Shown piece after piece: positions 1 to 8,135 of a DNA stretch of 64,000 nt. The position numbers and the translations under genes are program-made. Numbering within the stretch: the stretch's first letter is position 1; each line of letters starts with the position of its first letter. Where the stretch lies: NCBI GenBank assembly GCA_036261265.1, contig DATALC010000105.1, forward strand, positions 906 through 64,905, in the 5' to 3' direction. Under the pieces are notes generated by a model that worked only from the letters and a program-made list of their open reading frames with translations, did not search any database and was not told where the DNA came from. The DNA comes from Bacteroidales bacterium. Its GTDB lineage: Bacteria; Bacteroidota; Bacteroidia; Bacteroidales; VadinHA17.

Positions 1-1411
1 CGATAATTGGTTTTGCCTTTGACCAGTTCACTGTTGACAGCCTGTTAGCCTCGCGAAATGACCAGATAGCGGCATCAGTCCTGTAACGTTGTTGTCCGCA
101 GATACCAAAGGAAGATGGGAGAGAGGTTACACCTGCGAAGATCGGGATTCTCGGGCTTTCACCCGGGTTGTCAAATGAAAACCAGGCGACTCCGCCTATT
201 TCATCCGGCAGCCATGAACGGCACTGGATTACATGAGAATAGGAGCATCCTGCGATCGCTATGGTTCTTTGTCTTTCTACGATACCGGGATGAAGCTCGT
301 TAAGAAGATTCCTGATATCAGCATTCATCCAGTTGTTTGCTACTGGACTTTTGATCTTTTTCTCGGTTTCATTTCCGTCCTTGTCTTTTTCCTTAACTGT
401 TACAAAGAGATTCTTTGTCATATCCCATTGTGTGCCTTCATACGTTTCCCTGAAGTATCTCATAAGATCACGCGGTGAGAGTTTCTTTTCAGGTTTCACT
501 GAAAATGGAAGCTCTTCAGCATCAAAAGAAAGGTTCAGCGAAGGCGCCAGAGTGCTTAATACATAAAATTCCCTGATCTGGAAAGGTTTGCTTCCGCCAA
601 TGACTTTCCAGAATTTCAATGGCTCCTTACCGTCCCAGTAACCGAGCTTCTTTGCTGTTTTCTGAAGATCGGTGCTAAACATAAAATTATCCGGGTCATT
701 GAAATCGATCGTTGATATTCTTGGGATATTAGCGCATATCCCGACATTATCATCAGGAATTCTTTGCGCACACCAGATTGCGGAGGGTTTGCTGTCTTTG
801 CCTGAACCTGCTATCTCAAACTGCCAAACCTCTTTAGGGTCGGCTATCGTTATACATTCAGCAAGATCTCCGTAACCGTATTCTTCAGCAAGCTTTCCAA
901 TAAGGGCTATTGCCTGCCTGGCTGATGTGCACCTCTGCAAAGCTATTTTTTCAAGTTCCTCTATAAGGAACATTCCTTCTTCATTAATGAGCTCCTTCCT
1001 GCCGTAGATTGTTGTTTCCCCGATAGCGAGCTGCTTTTCATTCATGCATGGATATGCAGTGTTCAGAAATGAATATGTCTCCGCGGCTTCCGGTATTTCT
1101 CCTTTCTTTGAAACATTTGTCATATCTCCTTTCTGTTCACTATGAAGCATCCCCCAGTAAACAGGGTGCATTGATCCTTTTTCGTGAACCTGGTGAGGAT
1201 ATATTTCAAGCCATGTTCTGTAATTACCGTCACACGTATGAGAGGTCATTACGGATCCATCTGTTGAAGCCAGTCTTCCTACCATTATTGTTGTGCAGTT
1301 TTCACCATAGCCCGGACCATCAGGATCTGAGTATTGTGAAAAAGAATTGAATGTGAACAGGGAAAATACAAAAAGCAGAGTCGTATATCGGATAATGTAA
1401 ATACTCTTCAT
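1..1411 (-). CDS. C69-family dipeptidase, exported (C-terminus runs off the window edge)
   Basis: Missing from the ORF track because it is open at the window edge. My translation of the minus strand from the ATG (complement of 1409-1411) gives MKSIYIIRYTTLLFVFSLFTFNSFSQ (signal peptide), then GENCTTIMVGRLASTDGSVMTSHTCDG, and stays open down to position 1. A Cys nucleophile just after the signal peptide followed by TTIMVG is the C69 pattern. The + strand ORFs at 115-1350 are shadows of this gene. Confidence 0.8.
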   Translation of the reverse strand, partial: MKSIYIIRYTTLLFVFSLFTFNSFSQYSDPDGPGYGENCTTIMVGRLASTDGSVMTSHTCDGNYRTWLEIYPHQVHEKGSMHPVYWGMLHSEQKGDMTNVSKKGEIPEAAETYSFLNTAYPCMNEKQLAIGETTIYGRKELINEEGMFLIEELEKIALQRCTSARQAIALIGKLAEEYGYGDLAECITIADPKEVWQFEIAGSGKDSKPSAIWCAQRIPDDNVGICANIPRISTIDFNDPDNFMFSTDLQKTAKKLGYWDGKEPLKFWKVIGGSKPFQIREFYVLSTLAPSLNLSFDAEELPFSVKPEKKLSPRDLMRYFRETYEGTQWDMTKNLFVTVKEKDKDGNETEKKIKSPVANNWMNADIRNLLNELHPGIVERQRTIAIAGCSYSHVIQCRSWLPDEIGGVAWFSFDNPGESPRIPIFAGVTSLPSSFGICGQQRYRTDAAIWSFREANRLSTVNWSKAKPII

Positions 1412-1508
1412 AGGGTAATAATTAATGAAAATCAAAAATAGTCATTTTGAAATCCATCAATCCTCAGGATAATAAAAATTTATGAAGATTATGAATATTC
1501 AATTTTAA

Positions 1509-1526
1509 AAGCATCGGTTGATGCTT
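1509..1526 (-). terminator. Putative intrinsic terminator downstream of xthA
   Basis: Hairpin AAGCATC-GGTT-GATGCTT (7-bp stem), followed on the minus strand by TTTAAAATT. It lies 34 nt after the xthA stop. Confidence 0.4.
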
Positions 1527-1559
1527 AAAGGAGCTGAATGTTGGATTATTATGAGTGGT

Positions 1560-2333
1560 TTATGCTTTTAGTTCAATCCATACAGGAGCATGATCGCTGG
1601 TTTTCTCCCACCCTCTTACTTGATGATCGACACCTGCATTAAGCAGTGATGGAACAAGATCGGGTGTAAGAAGAAAGTGATCAATACGCAGGCCTGCATT
1701 ACGTTCGTACGAGTTCCTGAAATAGTCCCAGAAAGTATAGATAACCTTGTCAGGATACAATTTTCTCAGAGCATCAGTCCACCCCTGGTCTAGAAGACTT
1801 TTGAACGCAGCTCTCACTTCGGGTCTGAACAGGGCATCGTTTCCCCATCTCTCGGGTTTGTAAACATCAATTTCAGAAGGCATAACATTGAAGTCTCCTG
1901 TCAGGAGTGCAGGAGAACCTGATGTTATAAGTTCTGATGCGTGAAGTCGCAATCTTTCGAACCACTTCATCTTATACTCGTACTTTGGCGTATCAACAGG
2001 ATTCCCGTTAGGAAGATACAGGCATCCGACCCTAATGCCGCCTACAATCGCTTCGATATACCGGCTATGAACATCCTCATCATCACCGGGCAGGATACGC
2101 CTGATCTCAACAGGCATTATATCTTTTGAAAGAATTGCTACTCCGTTCCAGCTCTTCTGTCCATGCCAGATTACATTATAGCCGGCTGCCTGGATATCAA
2201 AAACAGGGAAATTGTCCTGTGGAGCTTTAAGCTCCTGCAGGCACACAACATCTGGCTTTGATTCTCCAAGCCATCTTAACAGTACAGGCAGACGGCTGTT
2301 TATTCCGTTTACATTATAAGTTGCTATTTTCAT
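1560..2333 (-). CDS. xthA: Exodeoxyribonuclease III (AP endonuclease, EEP fold)
   Basis: 257 aa. N-terminus MKIATYNVNGIN, LQELK, and C-terminal SDHAPVW are the canonical ExoIII/Xth blocks. Confidence 0.93.
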   Translation of the reverse strand: MKIATYNVNGINSRLPVLLRWLGESKPDVVCLQELKAPQDNFPVFDIQAAGYNVIWHGQKSWNGVAILSKDIMPVEIRRILPGDDEDVHSRYIEAIVGGIRVGCLYLPNGNPVDTPKYEYKMKWFERLRLHASELITSGSPALLTGDFNVMPSEIDVYKPERWGNDALFRPEVRAAFKSLLDQGWTDALRKLYPDKVIYTFWDYFRNSYERNAGLRIDHFLLTPDLVPSLLNAGVDHQVRGWEKTSDHAPVWIELKA

Positions 2334-2345
2334 TTCTTCTGTTAA

Positions 2346-3419
2346 TTATTTAACAGCAACAGCGATCTTTGAATCTGCCGTGCCATAATAAAGAAACCAG
2401 TGATTCTTAAAAAATACAAGCCCTTCGACAAAGCAAACTTCATTTACTTCACCAGTTCTTTCATAAGGTTTATCAGGATGTATAAAATTCTCATTCAGAC
2501 GATCTTTCATCCTGAATGGATGCTGCGCATCGAACAATGCCTGTCCTGCAGCATAAGTATAAACAGGTAAAGAAGGATCATTGAAGTTTGCTGCATTGCT
2601 TGCGTTATATATAAGGAGGACTCCGCTGTCTCTCTGCAGGGCAAAAGGACCAGGTTCAACGAGCCTGCTGTCAAAATACCCTGGTCTGGGGTGAAGGACC
2701 GAAAGAATCTGTTTTGTTTCACTGTTCTCAGCCACTTCCCAATGATTCAGATCTTCAGAGCTGGCTAGAAACAGATCAGTATCTCCAAAGTACATCCAAT
2801 ACTTTCCATCAATTTCAGCAGCTATAAAATTGTCTCCATCCTGGTGCGTAATAATTGCTCCTGATTTTGACCAGAAATTCCTGTATTTATCATCATTAAG
2901 AACAAGTCCTTTCTTGTTCCATTTTTCAAGATCGGCTGATGTTGCGAAGCACAGTCGTGCTGTTTTACCATCATAAGCAGTATACGTCATTATATAGGTT
3001 CCATCGGGGGCCATTACTATTCTCGGATCTTCAATGCCGCCTTTCCATTCATAGATGTTCATGCTGTCGGCCGCCGGATAGAGGACAGGTTCAGGCATTT
3101 TACTGAAATGAAGACCATCATCGCTTACAGCCATTCCGATTCGTGATGTCATTTCATTATCCTGGGCCCTGTAAAGGAGATACACCTTCCCGTTCATTAC
3201 AACGGCAGCAGGGTTAAAAACATTCCTTTCTTCCCAGAAAACTTCCTTTTTGCTTACAGGACATACAAAGCTGGCATTCTTCGAGGGCTGGAGTACCGGA
3301 TTAATACTGTCGGCTTTAATAAATCCCGTTAATGACCAATTTTCCTGCTTCTTATTTACCTCATCGACTGATTTGCATCCTGTAACTGCAATAATGAAGA
3401 GTAATGCTATGTATCTCAT
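2346..3419 (-). CDS. GH130-family glycosidase/phosphorylase, lipoprotein
   Basis: Five-bladed beta-propeller GH130 blocks are present (NPAAV..NGKVYLLYRA, EDPRIV, YTAYDG, YWMYFGD, LYYGTADS). I prefer the internal start MRYIALLFIIAVTGC (ATG complement 3417-3419), which gives a lipobox. The track ORF extends to 3443. Confidence 0.85.
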   Translation of the reverse strand: MRYIALLFIIAVTGCKSVDEVNKKQENWSLTGFIKADSINPVLQPSKNASFVCPVSKKEVFWEERNVFNPAAVVMNGKVYLLYRAQDNEMTSRIGMAVSDDGLHFSKMPEPVLYPAADSMNIYEWKGGIEDPRIVMAPDGTYIMTYTAYDGKTARLCFATSADLEKWNKKGLVLNDDKYRNFWSKSGAIITHQDGDNFIAAEIDGKYWMYFGDTDLFLASSEDLNHWEVAENSETKQILSVLHPRPGYFDSRLVEPGPFALQRDSGVLLIYNASNAANFNDPSLPVYTYAAGQALFDAQHPFRMKDRLNENFIHPDKPYERTGEVNEVCFVEGLVFFKNHWFLYYGTADSKIAVAVK

Positions 3420-3459
3420 TTTTACAAGGGTTAACTTAAACATTCATTTTGTTATGTGC

Positions 3460-4293
3460 CTATTGAATCTCTATCTCATCGATTATAAAATGAACATAAT
3501 GCAGGTCCCCATCTTCAAGGTTCCAGTAACCATCTACAACAGACGCCATCTTTAACCCGTTGAATTCTTTTACTACGCTGCATTTACCAGTAAACTTCTC
3601 TGTTGTAAACTGACCTTTTCCCCTGTCAAATAACCTGTCGATCTCAATCCTTTCAAGCGAGCCGTCGTGATTAAAATTCAAGGCAGCGTTCACCTTAAGA
3701 CCAGCATCATTCACAACACAGGTAGCATGCTCATTGTTGAAAGCTTTCCATTGAATCTGTTCACTATTCATGAAGAACGACGGAGCCATCGACATTTCAG
3801 CTATGCATCTTCCAAGAGCTGAAAGCGATGTTTCAGGTGAACGCGCGTCGGCAATCTTGAAAAATGATAGAAGCTTAATCAGCATTCTGCCATTCCCGTT
3901 AAAATAAGAATCGAATGCCGAAACTGTTATTAACGGCATAATTGAAATCCTTCCGAACCAGCAGAAAGAAGGACGTCTTGTAGTAAGGAAATATTCACCT
4001 TTTATCGGAGTGAAATCCCTGCCGGCCTGAGGTCTGAAGAGGCCTGAATGTTTTATATGAACCGAGCTTATCCTTTTATTGCCTTTTAATCCTGAGAAAA
4101 TAATAAAGCGTGCCACAGGTATGGGCAGGGTAGCAACATCATTGTCGTTTATCTTTTTGTCATCAAATATACCGGCTTCATTTCTTATCTGTTCGGCTCT
4201 TCGCAGGAAGGAAGAGTAGAACAGATGATCGCATACTAACAATGCTGTAATTATCAGGATAAGTACTATCAGTATTATTGAGACAATATTCAT
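3460..4293 (-). CDS. Hypothetical protein with N-terminal membrane anchor
   Basis: 277-aa ORF with a hydrophobic N-terminus (IVSIILIVLILIITALLV), tightly packed upstream of GH130. From memory it resembles a conserved domain-of-unknown-function family (possibly DUF6544). This is not verified. Confidence 0.6.
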   Translation of the reverse strand: MNIVSIILIVLILIITALLVCDHLFYSSFLRRAEQIRNEAGIFDDKKINDNDVATLPIPVARFIIFSGLKGNKRISSVHIKHSGLFRPQAGRDFTPIKGEYFLTTRRPSFCWFGRISIMPLITVSAFDSYFNGNGRMLIKLLSFFKIADARSPETSLSALGRCIAEMSMAPSFFMNSEQIQWKAFNNEHATCVVNDAGLKVNAALNFNHDGSLERIEIDRLFDRGKGQFTTEKFTGKCSVVKEFNGLKMASVVDGYWNLEDGDLHYVHFIIDEIEIQ

Positions 4294-4347
4294 AAAAGAA
4301 TAACAATTCCTACGCTTAAAACTTTAAATTAATAAAGTTAAAGTTAC

Positions 4348-4386
4348 AAAAAAAATCCGGCCGTGAGAAGAATACTCACGACCGGC
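4348..4386 (-). terminator. Intrinsic terminator of the 4425-5036 gene
   Basis: The minus strand reads CCGGTCGTGAGTATTCTTCTCACGGCCGG followed by TTTTTTTT. It is a GC-rich stem about 40 nt after the stop codon. Confidence 0.7.
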
Positions 4387-4424
4387 TGATCACCATCAAG
4401 CTAAAATGAAAAAAACAGATATTT

Positions 4425-5036
4425 TTATATGAGAACTTTAAATCTGCATGCTTTACCACCTGCCCTGAGAGATTCAAGCAGCTCAACCTTCACAGGTTTA
4501 TAGGTTATGAATCTTTGGAACATGTACCCGACATACCCGACTGAACACTGGCAGTAAGTGGGAGAGAGGGTGGCAGGGCCATTTTCGATCATGGGGCAAA
4601 GGCAATAACCATCAGCTATTTTCAAGCCTTTCGGATTTCCAACATAATTGAAGAATACTGTATTGTCTTTCCTGTAAATATTTTCTTTACCGATTTTTTC
4701 CTGGAAGGATGCAATCGTCTTGTCTATTTCATCAATTGTTGCAGGTGCCTGGCCCGTGAAATCACCATAAGCGCCTTTGGCACAAGCCGCCCCGTTTGAT
4801 TGCATAAGTTTTACCCTGGTGGGTTCATCGATCTGATCATCGAGAATATCGAAAAAACGTTTTACCCATTTTTGGGTGAAATCCATTTTTTCATTGCATG
4901 GGGTTTCAGCGTCATTTGTTTTTGAACCGGAATCTGAAATCATTCTTAAAGTTATATCTCCGGGATTCAGCGCCAATACGCATCCACATGCAAGACCGGG
5001 TGTCAGAAGCTTTTTACAGAATTGAGATCTCTTCAT
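4425..5036 (-). CDS. Cys-rich exported hypothetical protein
   Basis: 203 aa. Signal or lipoprotein-like N-terminus (KKLLTPGLACGCVLAL) and a conserved-looking Cys cluster (GYCLCP...TYCQCSVGY...KACRF). It has its own terminator. Confidence 0.65.
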   Translation of the reverse strand: MKRSQFCKKLLTPGLACGCVLALNPGDITLRMISDSGSKTNDAETPCNEKMDFTQKWVKRFFDILDDQIDEPTRVKLMQSNGAACAKGAYGDFTGQAPATIDEIDKTIASFQEKIGKENIYRKDNTVFFNYVGNPKGLKIADGYCLCPMIENGPATLSPTYCQCSVGYVGYMFQRFITYKPVKVELLESLRAGGKACRFKVLI

Positions 5037-5198
5037 AATGACTGAGTTTTGTTTGATAGACCCTTAACATGACCATCGACCCTATGTAAGTAATAATATT
5101 CCTGTATGAAACTTTAAATTTTAATGTTTGTTTTATTAAGGAGGGAGATGATGTAGCTAATGATTAATTATTTAAACTAAAATGCAGGAGGAAAGATA

Positions 5199-5648
5199 AT
5201 GGGTTTAAATTTCGAGAAATATGCACATGAAGGGAATTCATTTATTAAAGAGCTTTCAATGAACCTGGGGCATCCCGGGGAAACGGCAAGAGCAGGTATA
5301 ATTCTGAGGGCAGTAATGCATACCTTGCGAGAGAGGATCTCAATAGGTGAATCACTGAACCTTGTTTCACAATTACCGATGTTCCTTAAAGGAATTTATG
5401 TTGATAATTGGGAATTCAACGACAGGCAATCAAGAATTAAAACTATTGAGGATTTCAAGGATGAAGTAAAAAGGCTTCAGGAACAATATGGGGAACAACA
5501 ATTCGACTGGGAGTTGCCAACTGATGAAATAATAAGAGTAGTGTTCTCAACTCTGAACAGGTATGTGTCTGAAGGAGAATCAGAAGATATCATTGCCCAG
5601 ATGCCTAAAGAGCTTAAGGAACTTTTCAGTGAGAAAGCGCATCGATAA
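5199..5648 (+). CDS. DUF2267-like protein
   Basis: 149 aa with two copies of the helical module (AGIILRAVMHTLRERIS...QLP and a second copy ending IIAQMPKELKELF). AGGAGG lies 8 nt upstream of the ATG. Confidence 0.75.
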   Translation: MGLNFEKYAHEGNSFIKELSMNLGHPGETARAGIILRAVMHTLRERISIGESLNLVSQLPMFLKGIYVDNWEFNDRQSRIKTIEDFKDEVKRLQEQYGEQQFDWELPTDEIIRVVFSTLNRYVSEGESEDIIAQMPKELKELFSEKAHR

Positions 5649-5658
5649 ACCAGGGTTG

Positions 5659-6453
5659 TTACTCCAAAATTCTTGAAACCAGGCATTCCTCGTACTCACC
5701 TGTAATCTCAAAACCAGCTTTCCTGTAGCAACGTATTGCGTAATCATTATCCGCCTTTACGTTTAATCCGATGAGTTTTATGTCTTTTCTCAGGTCGTTA
5801 CAAAGTTTATTTGTCAGCTTAAGTGCAATTCCTCTGCCTCTGTAATCAGGATGAACTGCGATGTTACCGAGCGCTGCAACATTGTATCCGGGAGAATAAA
5901 CATGAATTCCTGAAATACCAACGAGTTTGCCTTTAATTTTATAACCAAAATACTTACCTGTTTCAAGCATACGCTTGTCAAACCAGTTATCAGGATACGC
6001 TGCAGAGTAGAGTTCAAGAATTTCATCGATATCAGATATATCAAGTCTGCGGATATTAGGATAGTCAGCATAACCAACATCCTTACTGTCAGCTCTCAGG
6101 ACCATTTTATAATGCAGACCCCAATTGTTTGTTATTTCGTGTTTTCTGAAAATATTTGTCAGGGGAGGCGTCAGGTGCGAATAGAATTTCTCCGGCAGTT
6201 CATTTTTGATGTTTTCAAGAAGGAATTTGGAATCTGATGCATCTTCTTTATAAAAGACCAGGAGAGTTGGAATTTCTGATCCTGAATATAACAAAGCAAT
6301 CGATCTGATTGTATTCTTTTCAGTAAGTGCATACCAGGTGGTACGTGGCCAGAAAAAATCATCAAGATCACCAATACAATAATATTGGATATCTTCATTG
6401 GCTATTAAAAAAGAATGAATAAGGCTTTTATCTCTAAGCTTCCGGATTTCCAT
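5659..6453 (-). CDS. GNAT-family N-acetyltransferase
   Basis: 264 aa with acetyl-CoA motif A (IAVHPDYRGRGIALKL) in the C-terminal half. Confidence 0.85.
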   Translation of the reverse strand: MEIRKLRDKSLIHSFLIANEDIQYYCIGDLDDFFWPRTTWYALTEKNTIRSIALLYSGSEIPTLLVFYKEDASDSKFLLENIKNELPEKFYSHLTPPLTNIFRKHEITNNWGLHYKMVLRADSKDVGYADYPNIRRLDISDIDEILELYSAAYPDNWFDKRMLETGKYFGYKIKGKLVGISGIHVYSPGYNVAALGNIAVHPDYRGRGIALKLTNKLCNDLRKDIKLIGLNVKADNDYAIRCYRKAGFEITGEYEECLVSRILE

Positions 6454-6464
6454 AATGGAAAGAT

Positions 6465-6932
6465 TTATTGCCAGTCGCCTGATTGTTTTCCCGCAACTGA
6501 GATGACTTCAAGAATCAGCAGTACAATTCTTGATACTGATTGATCATTATATGTCAATTCTCCGGAAGCTCCATATTTCCTCATTATAAGATCAAGTCCC
6601 GCTTTCTTCATAACGGGATCATTTTCAATCTTTACAATGCCTTTACCCATAACGGACCTGTATTTTGCTGTCCATTCACAGGGTATATCATTTTTGATTA
6701 TCTCCTCGGCATACTCAATTTCAAAGCTGACTTTATTATTCTTCTTCAGTATTTCAATTTTCCTTCCATGGGGAGCTGAGTGAATGTAGATCAACCCGTC
6801 TTTAAAGGCATAGTTTACAGGGACGATATAAGCTTCATCTCCATCAACAAGTCCAAGCCGGCAAATTGCCGAATGTTCGAGTACTTCCTGGATTACTTTG
6901 TTATCTTTTATTTCTTTATCGCCTCTCCGCAT
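6465..6932 (-). CDS. Pyridoxamine 5'-phosphate oxidase-family flavin-binding protein
   Basis: 155 aa. The pattern MRRGDKEI...CRLGLVDGDEAYIVPVNYAF...IYIHSA is typical of the split-barrel FMN-binding family. Confidence 0.85.
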   Translation of the reverse strand: MRRGDKEIKDNKVIQEVLEHSAICRLGLVDGDEAYIVPVNYAFKDGLIYIHSAPHGRKIEILKKNNKVSFEIEYAEEIIKNDIPCEWTAKYRSVMGKGIVKIENDPVMKKAGLDLIMRKYGASGELTYNDQSVSRIVLLILEVISVAGKQSGDWQ

Positions 6933-6975
6933 TCCGGATTCTTTGATTTTTAATTAAATATGGGTTTCTCAATCG

Positions 6976-7338
6976 TCATTTCCTCTTTATTGTCTGCAAT
7001 TTCTTTTCAGCCATCTCAGCAGCAAAACCGTCGGGTCCGATCGCCCTTATACGTTCAATGCATGCGGTCCTGTCTGAGTTGAGGATAATCCCTATTACTT
7101 TAGAAATGAAAGTGTTGTATTTTTTACATTCCCTTAACGGCTGTAAGGTACAATCTGCGCATGTATTAAAATTATTTTCGATATTGCATTTTCTAACATC
7201 ACACCATGACATCTTTTCGTTTTCCCTGCAACCAGGGCATTTTCCTTTAAGATACGATTTGCAGGCTCCGCAATATATACCGCAATAGGCTATCATGTTC
7301 CTGTTAACCGGTACTTCTTTTAACTGATTTGTTTTCAT
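6976..7338 (-). CDS. DUF3795-like Cys-rich protein
   Basis: Contains CGIYCGACKSYLKGKCPGCREN...WCDVRKC...CADC. I prefer the start at MKTNQ (ATG complement 7336-7338). The track ORF reaches 7386 and would overlap the upstream gene by 11 nt. Confidence 0.7.
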   Translation of the reverse strand: MKTNQLKEVPVNRNMIAYCGIYCGACKSYLKGKCPGCRENEKMSWCDVRKCNIENNFNTCADCTLQPLRECKKYNTFISKVIGIILNSDRTACIERIRAIGPDGFAAEMAEKKLQTIKRK

Positions 7339-7375
7339 TGAAATGGATTTTAGGGTGTATAAACAAGATGCATTT

Positions 7376-7855
7376 CTATATTCCAAGCAGGCGTTTCACC
7401 TCAAAAACCGGGACAGAGGTTCTTTTTGAAATCTCGTCAGGATTCATTCCCTTTTCATGAAACCTTGTAATAAACCTTTTTATTGATTCACCTATCTCTA
7501 TAAGATGACTATCGGGATCGAAGAATCTGAAAGTTCTCTGTCCCCAGGGTTCTTCGTGGATTTCATGAAGAAATCTTACGCCTTTATCGTGTAATAAGCT
7601 GAAATATGCTTCAATATCTTCTGTTTCAAAATAGAGCTCAAACCTGTTTGACGTACCCGATACTCTTTCTTTGCCGAGTGTTGCCGGGATAATATTATCA
7701 TGTCTTATTTCCCAGATTGTAAAACCATTTCTGAAGATTACATTTTTCCCAAAATCAAGGTCGATTGCCAATCCTGGTATGCTGCAATAAAATTGTTTTG
7801 AGATCTCTATGTCCCTGACAAACAATACAGTTGTGTGATTAATCAGTTCCGGCAT
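7376..7855 (-). CDS. VOC (glyoxalase/bleomycin-resistance/dioxygenase) family protein
   Basis: 159 aa with paired beta-alpha-beta-beta-beta modules (FVRDIEISKQFY..., EIHEEPWGQRTFRFFDPDSHLIEIGE). Confidence 0.85.
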   Translation of the reverse strand: MPELINHTTVLFVRDIEISKQFYCSIPGLAIDLDFGKNVIFRNGFTIWEIRHDNIIPATLGKERVSGTSNRFELYFETEDIEAYFSLLHDKGVRFLHEIHEEPWGQRTFRFFDPDSHLIEIGESIKRFITRFHEKGMNPDEISKRTSVPVFEVKRLLGI

Positions 7856-7857
7856 AC

Positions 7858-7992
7858 CTAACAGTTCTTTTCAGATGTTTTGCTGCCTTTTTCACTTGTC
7901 TTCCAGAACGTAAACAGTGAGACAAGAAACATTGCAGCAACTCCGATGAAAAAGAATGTAACGTCGCGTTTTGTAATATCAGTATTTTTCAT
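7858..7992 (-). CDS. Possible 44-aa single-pass membrane peptide
   Basis: My translation is MKNTDITKRDVTFFFIGVAAMFLVSLFTFWKTSEKGSKTSEKNC. It stops 3 nt before the VOC gene start. It is below the track length cutoff and has no homology support. Confidence 0.3.
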   Translation of the reverse strand: MKNTDITKRDVTFFFIGVAAMFLVSLFTFWKTSEKGSKTSEKNC

Positions 7993-8135
7993 TTTACCTG
8001 AGAGTATTTATAGCAAATTTAAACAAATGAGTCGAATATTATTTAGAATGATTCTAAATTAAAAAGAATAATAAGATTTCAGACCTTTTGCCGTTAATAA
8101 CATGTCAGTCAATAATCTAAATTTATTCGTCAAAA

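Noticed and set aside
115-1350. Five + strand ORFs (62-100 aa) at the left edge of the window
   Set aside because: All lie antisense to, or out of frame with, the continuous minus-strand C69 dipeptidase reading frame that I translated directly. Their sequences are low-complexity and have no motifs.
1528-1541. The 14-nt AAGGAGCTGAATGT shared with the hairpin module at 43187-43200, considered as a dispersed copy of the same repeat family at another gene 3' end
   Set aside because: A single 14-nt identity within a 64-kb window (both strands) is within chance expectation. The adjacent hairpin at 1509-1526 has a different stem sequence. It is only worth revisiting if a genome-wide motif search is run.
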